Positions 9,262-17,419 of a stretch of DNA of 64,000 nt are shown here, in pieces. The notes below the pieces were generated by a model, which saw nothing but the letters and a program-made list of their open reading frames with translations, was not told the origin of the DNA and searched no databases. Positions within the stretch are counted from its first letter, which is position 1. Each line of letters opens with the position of its first letter. The position numbers and the translations under genes are program-made. The stretch comes from Alphaproteobacteria bacterium (GTDB lineage Bacteria > Pseudomonadota > Alphaproteobacteria > CALKHQ01): positions 96,001 through 160,000 of the forward strand of contig CBDDFZ010000002.1 of assembly GCA_965227515.1 (NCBI GenBank). The letters are read 5' to 3'.

Positions 9262-9663
9262 ATGAACATCAGCGATGCGGCCGGCCTGAGCGGATTGCCC
9301 AACAAGACCATCCGCTATTATGAGGACATCGGGCTGGTGCAGCCACAGCGCAGCGGTAATGGATACCGCGCATTCACCGAGAGCGACGTGCATAAACTTC
9401 GCTTCTTGTGTCGCGCACGCTCGCTTGGATTTTCGATCGAGGATTGCCGCGCGCTTCTGGACCTATATGAAGAGCGGCATCGATCAAGCGCCGACGTAAA
9501 ACGGATCGCCAAGGCCAATCTGGCGCAAATCGACATGAAGATCGGCGAGTTGCAGGCGATGCGTCATACGCTGGTCCATCTGATTGACAGTTGTCATGGC
9601 GACGACAGGCCCGATTGCCCAATACTCGATGATCTGGCCGGTGCCGCATGGGCATCGCCCTGA
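9262..9663 (+). CDS. cueR: Cu(I)-responsive MerR-family regulator
   Basis: MNI...TIRYYEDIGL, R.LGFS, SADVK, CHGDDRPDCPILDDL. Confidence 0.96.
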   Translation: MNISDAAGLSGLPNKTIRYYEDIGLVQPQRSGNGYRAFTESDVHKLRFLCRARSLGFSIEDCRALLDLYEERHRSSADVKRIAKANLAQIDMKIGELQAMRHTLVHLIDSCHGDDRPDCPILDDLAGAAWASP

Positions 9664-10001
9664 TGCCCATGGGCTTGTCTCGCCTGATTGCAGGTGCGAT
9701 TGTCGCACTGGTCTTGTCTCTGCTACAGACCGCTCCGACATCAGCGCATGAAGGCGTTCATTCGATGGTCGGTATAGATAAGCGTGGCAGCGCTGACGTC
9801 GGCCAGTCGTTCGCATTGCATGAGGCGCAGACTTGTCACAGCGGAGCGGCGGGCGCCATTTGCGCGTCGCTAGCTGCAGCGCCATTGGAGGCTGGCAGTT
9901 GGTTGCCTCCAATGGCTGATGCTCGATGCTGGTCGCAAGGTCAGCAGCTGTGGCGCAGCAAAGCCCTTTCAGCCCCGCCAACGCCACCACCGATGGCTTG
10001 A
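9663..10001 (+). CDS. Small secreted Cys-containing protein with proline-rich C-terminus (second CutF/CruR-like leader)
   Basis: ATG overlaps cueR stop (TGATG); signal peptide; TCHSGAAGAICAS; ends APPTPPPMA. Confidence 0.65.
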   Translation: MPMGLSRLIAGAIVALVLSLLQTAPTSAHEGVHSMVGIDKRGSADVGQSFALHEAQTCHSGAAGAICASLAAAPLEAGSWLPPMADARCWSQGQQLWRSKALSAPPTPPPMA

Positions 10002-10051
10002 TCCTGGTCGATTGAAGAACCGATCTTCAAACACGGGATCCAGTACAGGTG
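9988..10051 (+). promoter_or_regulatory. Predicted mRNA hairpin sequestering the cytochrome c' RBS
   Basis: Nested pairs CACC/GGTG, GCT/AGT, GATCCTG/CGGGATC, TTGAAGA/TCTTCAA; spans leader stop codon and AGGTG RBS. Confidence 0.65.
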
Positions 10052-10055
10052 AAAG

Positions 10056-10607
10056 ATGATGCGAACAGCGGCAGCAATTGCAGCGACCGCAGCTGTAGCG
10101 GCAGCAACTTTGAGTGCGTATGGCCATACGGGCGCCTCCGGCGTCGTGAAGAAACGCATGGACGCCATGGGAGTTCTTGGCGACGCTATGGAAGCGTTGA
10201 CAGGCATGATGCGCGAGGAGACGCCTTACGACGCTGAGCGCGTGCGTTTGTTGGCTCAAGATATTGCGATCCACGGCGGCGCGGCTCTGACGGAATTGTT
10301 TCCCGAGGGCAGCGCCGACCCGCCATCCGAGGCCTTGCCTCAAATCTGGGGCGAATGGGATCGCTTCGCGGGTCTCGCGGATCAACTTGCTTTGGTGGCT
10401 CGAGCGCTCGAAGCCGTAGCCGACAGTCCGCGGTCCGATGGAGACGATATGATGTCAGGCGGCGGCATGATGTCGGGTGGTGGCATGATGGGCAGCCCCA
10501 TGACACCGGACTATGACATGTTGATCGAAATGCCCCCGGACATGGTGTTTCGACAACTCGCCCAGACCTGCACAGCCTGCCATCAGGACTATCGCCGGGA
10601 GGAATAA
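10056..10607 (+). CDS. Class II cytochrome c (c'/c556-like) with Met-rich insert
   Basis: Signal peptide, LFPEGS, A.P.IW..W..F, C-terminal CTACH; MMSGGGMMSGGGMMG insert. Confidence 0.9.
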   Translation: MMRTAAAIAATAAVAAATLSAYGHTGASGVVKKRMDAMGVLGDAMEALTGMMREETPYDAERVRLLAQDIAIHGGAALTELFPEGSADPPSEALPQIWGEWDRFAGLADQLALVARALEAVADSPRSDGDDMMSGGGMMSGGGMMGSPMTPDYDMLIEMPPDMVFRQLAQTCTACHQDYRREE

Positions 10608-11510
10608 ATGTCTCGACGCAAAGTTCTTGGCGTCGGGGCACTTGTTATTGTGATTGTCGGAACCGGCACGGCGTACATGGTCGTGCGCGGCCCCGACATT
10701 CCGCTCCGCCGCCTAGACGGTCTGACCGGCAACATTGATCGCGGTGCCTACGTCGCGAGGTTGTCCGGATGCATCGCCTGCCACACCGATGCCCGCAATA
10801 ACGGTGCGGTTCTCGCGGGTGGCGGGGCGACCGAGACCGCCTTCGGCACCTTCTATGCGCCGAATATCACGCCCCACCTGGAAGATGGTATCGGCGGATG
10901 GTCGATCGATGATTTCAGTCGAGCGCTGACGGCCGGCCTGTCTCCCGATGGCAGCCACTACTTCCCGGTGTTTCCGTACGCTTTCTACACACGGATGTCC
11001 GATCAGGACATCGTCGACTTATGGGCTGCGGTCAATTCCGTGCCGCCGGTGGCCAGCGGCCCGCCCGAACACGAGCTGGATTTTCCGTACAGCGTAAGAG
11101 CCGGCGTTGGCCTATGGAAATGGTTGTATCTCGATAACGGCGAACTGGCACCTGACCCGTCCCGGCCCGAGTCCTGGAATCGCGGTCGCTACCTCGCGCT
11201 CGGTCCGGCTCATTGCGGCGCATGCCACACGCCCCGTGACTTTCTCGGCGGTCGGCAGCTCGAATTGCGTTGGACCGGCGGCGAAGGGCCTGATGGCGAG
11301 GCGGTGCCGCCGATCACCGGTACCGCATTGAGCGACGCTGGTTGGACGGAAGAGGATCTGGCCTTTGCATTGAGAACCGGCATCGTCCCGGGCGGCGATG
11401 CCTTTGGCGGCTCAATGGCAGAAGTTGTCAGGGATGGCTCGCAATTCTGGAGCGGTGACGATCTGTCAGCCATCGCCACATACGTATTTTCTGTGGAGAG
11501 CGCGGAATGA
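10608..11510 (+). CDS. Membrane-anchored diheme cytochrome c
   Basis: CIACH and CGACHTPR; FGTFYAPNITP..GIG.WS; resembles dehydrogenase cytochrome subunits. Confidence 0.9.
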   Translation: MSRRKVLGVGALVIVIVGTGTAYMVVRGPDIPLRRLDGLTGNIDRGAYVARLSGCIACHTDARNNGAVLAGGGATETAFGTFYAPNITPHLEDGIGGWSIDDFSRALTAGLSPDGSHYFPVFPYAFYTRMSDQDIVDLWAAVNSVPPVASGPPEHELDFPYSVRAGVGLWKWLYLDNGELAPDPSRPESWNRGRYLALGPAHCGACHTPRDFLGGRQLELRWTGGEGPDGEAVPPITGTALSDAGWTEEDLAFALRTGIVPGGDAFGGSMAEVVRDGSQFWSGDDLSAIATYVFSVESAE

Positions 11511-12910
11511 CGTTGACCCGTCGAGATTTCCTGACTGCAGGCGCGGCACTGGTAACGGCATCGGCCATCGCTCGTCGCTCCGCCACAGCGGATGTGGCAA
11601 CGGATCCGGATGTACCAACCATCCGGGCACAGCGTGGCGGTGCGTGGATGGTGCCTGGGGAATCCCTGCGGACAGAAATCTGGGGCTATGAGGGGCTGGT
11701 TCCCGGGCCGGACTTGAGACTGCCGCGAGGTGGTCGCTTGATCCGGAGGTTCGTGAACGAGCTGCCTCAGCCGTCAACCATACATTGGCATGGTATTCGC
11801 CTTCAGAACGCCATGGACGGTGTGCCGGAACTGACACAGGCGGTGGTGCAACCCGGTGAGGAGTTCCTTTACGACTTTACAGTGCCGGATGCGGGGACCT
11901 TTTGGTACCACTCCCACAATCAGTCGTGGGAGCAAGTGGCACGCGGCCTATATGGCGCGATCGTCGTCGACGAGCCCGATCCGCCTGAGGTCGACCGTGA
12001 CGACGTGTTGCTGATCGATGATTGGCGACTGACGGCCGAAGGCGAGATCGACGAAAGTTTTGGCGCGATGTCCGACTGGTCGCACGCTGGCCGTCTCGGA
12101 AACTGGCTCACCGTCAACGGCAATGGCGCTTGGCATGCAGCGGTTGGACACAATTCACGGCTGCGGCTGCGCTTGGTAAATACGGCAAACGCGCGGGTAT
12201 TCACGCTGACAATGAAGGGCCTCGAAGGCTGGATGGTCGCCCAAGATGGCCAACCGCTCGACGCACCAGTACCTGCAAATTGGATCACTTTGGCGCCGGG
12301 TCAACGGACCGACTTGATCGTCGACGTGATGGCAATGCCGGGGGAAGAAGGCAGCCTGGCAGCCGTCGATCGCAATCAAGTGTTTCGGTTGGCGACGTTC
12401 ATGGTTGCCGGAGAATCGCGGACCGTACGACTTGGCGAACCCGAGCCGCTACCTGCAAATCCGAACCCCGCACTCGGCAGCATCGAAACCGCAAGAAGAG
12501 TGACGCTGACAATGTCCGGCGGAGCCATGGGCCGAATGACCGGCGCCACCTTGTCCGGACAGTACCTCGGCATGGCCGATCTTGTGGAACGCGGAAAGGT
12601 GTGGGCCCTGAACGGCAGCGCCGATATGCCCGACAAGCCACTTATAGATGCAGCGTTAGGGGAGACGGTCCGGCTGACGATTGTCAATGAGACGGCGTTT
12701 CCGCACGGCATGCACCTGCACGGCCATCACTTCAGGCAGGTCTTCGCCAACGGTTCGACCGGCCCATGGCGAGACACGATCTTGCTGCAGGGCGCTGAAA
12801 CGCTCGAAGTGGCCTTTGTCGCTGACAATCCCGGAGATTGGCTGTTGCACTGCCATATGCTCGAACACGCTGTCGCCGGAATGAACACCTGGATACGCGT
12901 GTCCGGATGA
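11507..12910 (+). CDS. Tat-exported multicopper oxidase (CutO/CueO-like)
   Basis: TRRDFL Tat signal; HWHG, WYHSH, HGMHLHGHHF, HCHMLEH...GM. Confidence 0.95.
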   Translation: MTLTRRDFLTAGAALVTASAIARRSATADVATDPDVPTIRAQRGGAWMVPGESLRTEIWGYEGLVPGPDLRLPRGGRLIRRFVNELPQPSTIHWHGIRLQNAMDGVPELTQAVVQPGEEFLYDFTVPDAGTFWYHSHNQSWEQVARGLYGAIVVDEPDPPEVDRDDVLLIDDWRLTAEGEIDESFGAMSDWSHAGRLGNWLTVNGNGAWHAAVGHNSRLRLRLVNTANARVFTLTMKGLEGWMVAQDGQPLDAPVPANWITLAPGQRTDLIVDVMAMPGEEGSLAAVDRNQVFRLATFMVAGESRTVRLGEPEPLPANPNPALGSIETARRVTLTMSGGAMGRMTGATLSGQYLGMADLVERGKVWALNGSADMPDKPLIDAALGETVRLTIVNETAFPHGMHLHGHHFRQVFANGSTGPWRDTILLQGAETLEVAFVADNPGDWLLHCHMLEHAVAGMNTWIRVSG

Positions 12911-13377
12911 CACGTGTAACGCTAATCGCAATTTGCGCGCTCGGCGCCGCGCTCGTCAGTGCGTTTGGCTATTGGTATCTCAGCGATAACGGCTCTGAGA
13001 CACCGCCTTCAGCCATGCTGCCGGCCTTTGGCCTGGAAGAGGGAGCCGGTCTTTACGCCCGGTTTTGTGCGGACTGCCATGGTGACAATTTGGAAGGCCA
13101 ACCCAACTGGCAGGTAGCAGGCAACGACGGTGTATTGCCCGCACCGCCGCACGACGACTCAGGCCACACATGGCACCACCCAGACACAATGTTGTTCGAC
13201 TACACCAAGTACGGCGGGCAGGAGATGGCTGAGCGGATGGGCCTGGATGGCGTGGCCAGCGGCATGCCAGGTTTCGCCGATGTGATGACCGACGAGGAAA
13301 TCTGGACCGTCCTGGCCTTCATCAAGTCTCGTTGGTCGGAGCGGAACCGTCAGGCGCAGGCGCAACGGTCCCAATGA
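12907..13377 (+). CDS. Monoheme cytochrome c
   Basis: ATGA overlap with oxidase; CADCHG, PAPPHD.SGHTWHH, SGMPGF. Confidence 0.9.
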   Translation: MTRVTLIAICALGAALVSAFGYWYLSDNGSETPPSAMLPAFGLEEGAGLYARFCADCHGDNLEGQPNWQVAGNDGVLPAPPHDDSGHTWHHPDTMLFDYTKYGGQEMAERMGLDGVASGMPGFADVMTDEEIWTVLAFIKSRWSERNRQAQAQRSQ

Positions 13378-13412
13378 CGCGGAAAGATCGATTGCAGCGC
13401 GGCCATGTCGAT

Positions 13413-13443
13413 TAGACCTTCCAGCAACCGGAAGCCGCAGAAT
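13413..13443 (+). promoter_or_regulatory. CueR-type promoter of DUF411-dsbA
   Basis: TAGACC-19 bp-CAGAAT with ACCTTCC-N7-GGAAGCC; core TTCCAGCAACCGGAA identical to the cueR promoter. Confidence 0.85.
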
Positions 13444-13498
13444 GAACTTCGGGAAACCTTGTAGGCGCGTGTCGCCTCAGCAACCAAGGGCATCAATA

Positions 13499-13954
13499 AT
13501 GGTCAGCAGATTCGCGAAATTGGTGACGGCGATTCTTACGCTGTTCGCTAGCCAGCAAGTGTACGCCGAACCTGAGGAGATGACGGTCTACAAGACACCC
13601 TGGTGTGGATGTTGTGCAGGCTGGGCGGACCATATCGAAGCTGGTGGTATGTCCGTGCAAATTGTCGAGCTTGAGGATCTGGAATCGATCAAGACGCTAG
13701 CCGGCGTGCCTGAGAGCCTCCGATCCTGCCACACCGCCATGGTCGGCGACTATGTCATCGAGGGCCACGTCCCGTTGGCGACTATCAGGGACTTGCTGGC
13801 GAGTCAGCCTGCGATCGCAGGCATAGCGGTGCCCGGCATGCCAATCGGCTCGCCCGGTATGGAAGGCCCCAACCCGCAACCGTACGAGGTCATCACCATC
13901 GAGGATGGCAAAGCCGGTGAAGTGTTCGCCTATATCATACCTTCGGAGAACTGA
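13499..13954 (+). CDS. DUF411 / CopG-like periplasmic metal-binding protein
   Basis: YKTPWCGCC..W, SCHTA, IEGHVP, PGMP.GSPGM. Confidence 0.92.
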   Translation: MVSRFAKLVTAILTLFASQQVYAEPEEMTVYKTPWCGCCAGWADHIEAGGMSVQIVELEDLESIKTLAGVPESLRSCHTAMVGDYVIEGHVPLATIRDLLASQPAIAGIAVPGMPIGSPGMEGPNPQPYEVITIEDGKAGEVFAYIIPSEN

Positions 13955-13958
13955 TGTC

Positions 13959-14696
13959 ATGTTGAAACTTGGAACTGTATTGGCGCTTGCTGCGGTACTT
14001 TATGGCTCGTCGGCACTTGCTGACGACATAAGCCCGGAAGCTGAAGCCGAGATTCGGCAGATCGTCCGAGAGTATCTTCTCGAACACCCCGAGGTCATTC
14101 TTGAGGCCGTTGCGGTATTAGAGCAGCGACAGGCCGCGGAAGCAGCCGAGGCGCAAGCGCAAGCGTTGGGCGAGTTGCGGGACGCATTGGAACGCAATCC
14201 CGACAGCCCGGTATCCGGCAATCCCGACGGTGACGTAACCATCGTCGAGTTCTTCGACTACAATTGCAGTTTTTGCCGACGCGCTGTGCCAGTCATTCAT
14301 GCTCTCTTGGAAAGCGACGCTCAAATAAGGTACGTCTACAAAGAATTTCCAATCCTGGCTGAAAGCTCCATGTATTCTGCGCGGCTTGCCCTCGCCGTTA
14401 GTCGGTTGCAGCCACAACTCTATGAACCGCTACACAATGCACTGTTGTCAACCAGTGGTGCGCTCGACGAGGGTATCATAGATTCAATCGCTGAAAGCGT
14501 AGGCGTCGATCTTGAGTTGACAAAAGCAGAAATTGCGGACCCGTCTATTCAAGAGGAAATCGACAGAAATCTACAATTGGCCCAACTTCTTGGTATTAAT
14601 GGAACTCCAACATTTGTCATCGGGGACGCCGTCCTCGCTGGATTGCAGGACATCCGCGTGTTGGAACAAGCCGTAGATGATGTGCGTAATAAATGA
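13959..14696 (+). CDS. DsbA-family (Com1/ScsC-like) thiol-disulfide oxidoreductase
   Basis: YLLEHPEVI.EA N-terminal helix, EFFDYNCSFC, GTPTFVIG. Confidence 0.92.
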   Translation: MLKLGTVLALAAVLYGSSALADDISPEAEAEIRQIVREYLLEHPEVILEAVAVLEQRQAAEAAEAQAQALGELRDALERNPDSPVSGNPDGDVTIVEFFDYNCSFCRRAVPVIHALLESDAQIRYVYKEFPILAESSMYSARLALAVSRLQPQLYEPLHNALLSTSGALDEGIIDSIAESVGVDLELTKAEIADPSIQEEIDRNLQLAQLLGINGTPTFVIGDAVLAGLQDIRVLEQAVDDVRNK

Positions 14697-14867
14697 CGAC
14701 CAAACACTTTAGGGCATCAAAATTTCGTACGATGTTCAACTTCGCCCACCATCATTCATTCTCGGGTCAGAGAACCCATGTTTGGCTCGAGAATTCATGC
14801 GGAAATCGGACAGCAGTACGATGGCAAATGCTGTGCCGCGTCAGAAACGTCAACGGAGGATGATCAA

Positions 14868-16586
14868 ATGCACCAAGCAACCACGACAGACCATCCGAAC
14901 TTACGACAGAGGTTGATTAGCTCGACAGTTGCCACTCTGTCATTTGCCTGCCTCTCGACAATCAGCCTAGCCATGCAATCGGCCTACGCAAACGAGGAAA
15001 TGGAGCTGGTGGATGAGCCGCCGCATGAGGCAGTCGCGCTGATCGATATCGTCGAAAGTTTGGCTATTGCCGACAATGAAGGTGCCGAGAGTCTGGGGGC
15101 TCTATCTAGTTTCTATGAGCATAGAAACTATGCACCTGCCTGGGTAACCGAGGAGGGACCAACGGCCAATGGCCAAGCACTGTTGGCAGCCTTGCGCTCC
15201 GCCGACTCACATGGCCTAAATCCTGCAATTTATCGATTAGCTGAGATCGAGCAATTGGCGACCGCAACAGCAACAGACGACTTAGCTAAGTTAGATCGCA
15301 TGCTATCAGCCGCGTTTATTCAGTATGGCGGTGATCTAATGCAGGGCCGGTATCGGCAAGGAGAGGCGGCAGGCTCGGTCCAGTCCTACAGTACCGATTT
15401 GGATTTGTTGCAGCCATTGCGGTTCGCTGCCCAGTCTGGTGCGATTGACGAAGTTCTTCATGCCTTCACGCCTCCGCAGGAACAGTATCATCGGATCGTG
15501 GAGGCGCTTTCTCGCTACCGGGCGATTGCCAACGCTGGCGGCTGGCCACTCGTTGATATCAGCGGAAGTCTAGAACCGGGTGATTGGAGCGATGCGGTTG
15601 CTACGCTTAGGGAGCGTTTACGTGTAAGCGGAGACTACTCCGTCAACGTCGATCAAGTCGCAGATGCCAGTTTCTATGACCAAACACTCGCCGATGCTGT
15701 GAGGTTGTTCCAGGAACGACATGGTTTGTTGGTCGATGCTGTCGTTGGACCTCGAACGCTAGGTGAACTGAATACGACAGTCGAAATGCGGATCGCGCAA
15801 CTTGAGATTGCACTGGAGCGTTGGAGATGGTTGCCTCGGGATTTGGGGCAGCGCTACGTCATGGTGAATGTGCCAGCGTTTCACCTAACTGCTGTGGATG
15901 ATACACGCGGTGAACCCCTTACAATGCGAGTGATTGTAGGAACTAGGGAACATCAGACTCCAGTATTCAATGATACCATTGAGTATGTTCAAATGAACCC
16001 CTACTGGAACGTTCCATACAGCATCGCAACGGAAGAGTATCTACCGCAACTCATTCGCGATCCATTTTATCTTCTCAACCGAAATATCCGGATATTCTCC
16101 GGTAGTGGCGAAGTCAATCCGGTGCTCGTTGACTGGGCAGCTTATGGCGGGGGTGGCTTCCCTTACCATTTGCGGCAAGACCCTGGTGCGGGCAATGCTT
16201 TGGGCGACATCAAGTTCATGTTTCCCAATGGACATGCTGTGTACCTCCACGACACGCCAACACAGCCATTGTTCAATCGTACAACCCGCGCGTTTAGCCA
16301 TGGATGCGTTCGTGTGCATGACCCCATTGCATTGGCTGAGTTTGTGCTCGGTGTTGATCCTTCATACACGCGCGAAAGGATTACCTCGATGATTGGCTCC
16401 GAGCGCACTATTGATGTGAACCTGCCGGAAGAGATACCGGTTTATATCACTTATCAGACCGCTTGGGTCGATGATCATGGCAGTGTTCATTTCCGTCAGG
16501 ACATATACGACCGCGACTCTAGACTTCTGGCCAAGATGATGGACGACATACCAGAGGCGGGTGATGCGCAAATGGCGGCAAACTAA
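14868..16586 (+). CDS. YcbB/LdtD-like L,D-transpeptidase
   Basis: PG-binding domain (FQERHGL..D..VG..T), LERWRW, NPYWNVP, YLHDTP...FSHGCVR catalytic motif; GGAGGA RBS before ATG 14868. Confidence 0.92.
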   Translation: MHQATTTDHPNLRQRLISSTVATLSFACLSTISLAMQSAYANEEMELVDEPPHEAVALIDIVESLAIADNEGAESLGALSSFYEHRNYAPAWVTEEGPTANGQALLAALRSADSHGLNPAIYRLAEIEQLATATATDDLAKLDRMLSAAFIQYGGDLMQGRYRQGEAAGSVQSYSTDLDLLQPLRFAAQSGAIDEVLHAFTPPQEQYHRIVEALSRYRAIANAGGWPLVDISGSLEPGDWSDAVATLRERLRVSGDYSVNVDQVADASFYDQTLADAVRLFQERHGLLVDAVVGPRTLGELNTTVEMRIAQLEIALERWRWLPRDLGQRYVMVNVPAFHLTAVDDTRGEPLTMRVIVGTREHQTPVFNDTIEYVQMNPYWNVPYSIATEEYLPQLIRDPFYLLNRNIRIFSGSGEVNPVLVDWAAYGGGGFPYHLRQDPGAGNALGDIKFMFPNGHAVYLHDTPTQPLFNRTTRAFSHGCVRVHDPIALAEFVLGVDPSYTRERITSMIGSERTIDVNLPEEIPVYITYQTAWVDDHGSVHFRQDIYDRDSRLLAKMMDDIPEAGDAQMAAN

Positions 16587-16750
16587 GAAGGTGCGTGGGG
16601 TGCTGCAGTTGAGATGTGACAGGTTATCAGCAAGCCATTAATCCAGTGATCGCTGATGCCGGTTCAGTTAAGACAGACAGAAAACTAGAGTTGTCAATGT
16701 ATGCGTGTGTGAGCCAAGGGATCCTGGCCGATTGATCAGGGTGGGTAGAA

Positions 16751-17419
16751 GTGGAAATACTTGGTCAGTCTCTCTTGCTCGCATTCGCCCTCGGTCTGTT
16801 GGGCTTCATCGAACCCTGCACAATTGGTGCTCACTTGCTTTTCTTGAGCAGTCACAAGGCCCGACCGTTGGGTCAGCGGCTCGGGGCAGCAGTGATATTT
16901 CTGATTGCCAGACTTGTGGTTATGGGTGGGTTTGGCGGCTTGGTCGTTGTTATTGGGCAGCAACTCATAAGTGTGCAGACGGGAGCATGGCTGGTCGTCG
17001 GCGTAATTTATCTTGCTCTTGGAGTTGCAATTATCGCGGGTTGGGACAAGTCGATGCAGCATCGTATTGGCCTTGGCCCGGAAAGCTGGAAGGCTGCCAC
17101 CAACCCACTTTTGCAGGGATTGGCATTCGGCCTCATCATACCAGCTTGTGCCGCGCCGATCCTGTTTGGCCTCATGGGCACCGCGACCGTGAGCGGATCT
17201 GCCGCTTCCGGATTTTTGATGATGGCGGTCTTCGCACTTGCATTGTCACTACCCCTTCTTCCGCTTTCGGCCGTGCCTAGCATTTCAGGCCCTCTTGACC
17301 GGCTCGGAGATTGGTTGCGGCCGCGTCGCTGGCTTCTCGGCGCAATTTTTGTGGCGCTGGGAATTTGGTCCATATGGTTTGGATTGTTCGTTGATCCAGT
17401 TGACTGGAGTGGGACGTGA
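16751..17419 (+). CDS. CcdA/DsbD-like transmembrane thiol-redox protein
   Basis: About 6 TM segments with two conserved-type Cys (FIEPC, IPACAAP); GTG start. Confidence 0.8.
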   Translation: MEILGQSLLLAFALGLLGFIEPCTIGAHLLFLSSHKARPLGQRLGAAVIFLIARLVVMGGFGGLVVVIGQQLISVQTGAWLVVGVIYLALGVAIIAGWDKSMQHRIGLGPESWKAATNPLLQGLAFGLIIPACAAPILFGLMGTATVSGSAASGFLMMAVFALALSLPLLPLSAVPSISGPLDRLGDWLRPRRWLLGAIFVALGIWSIWFGLFVDPVDWSGT

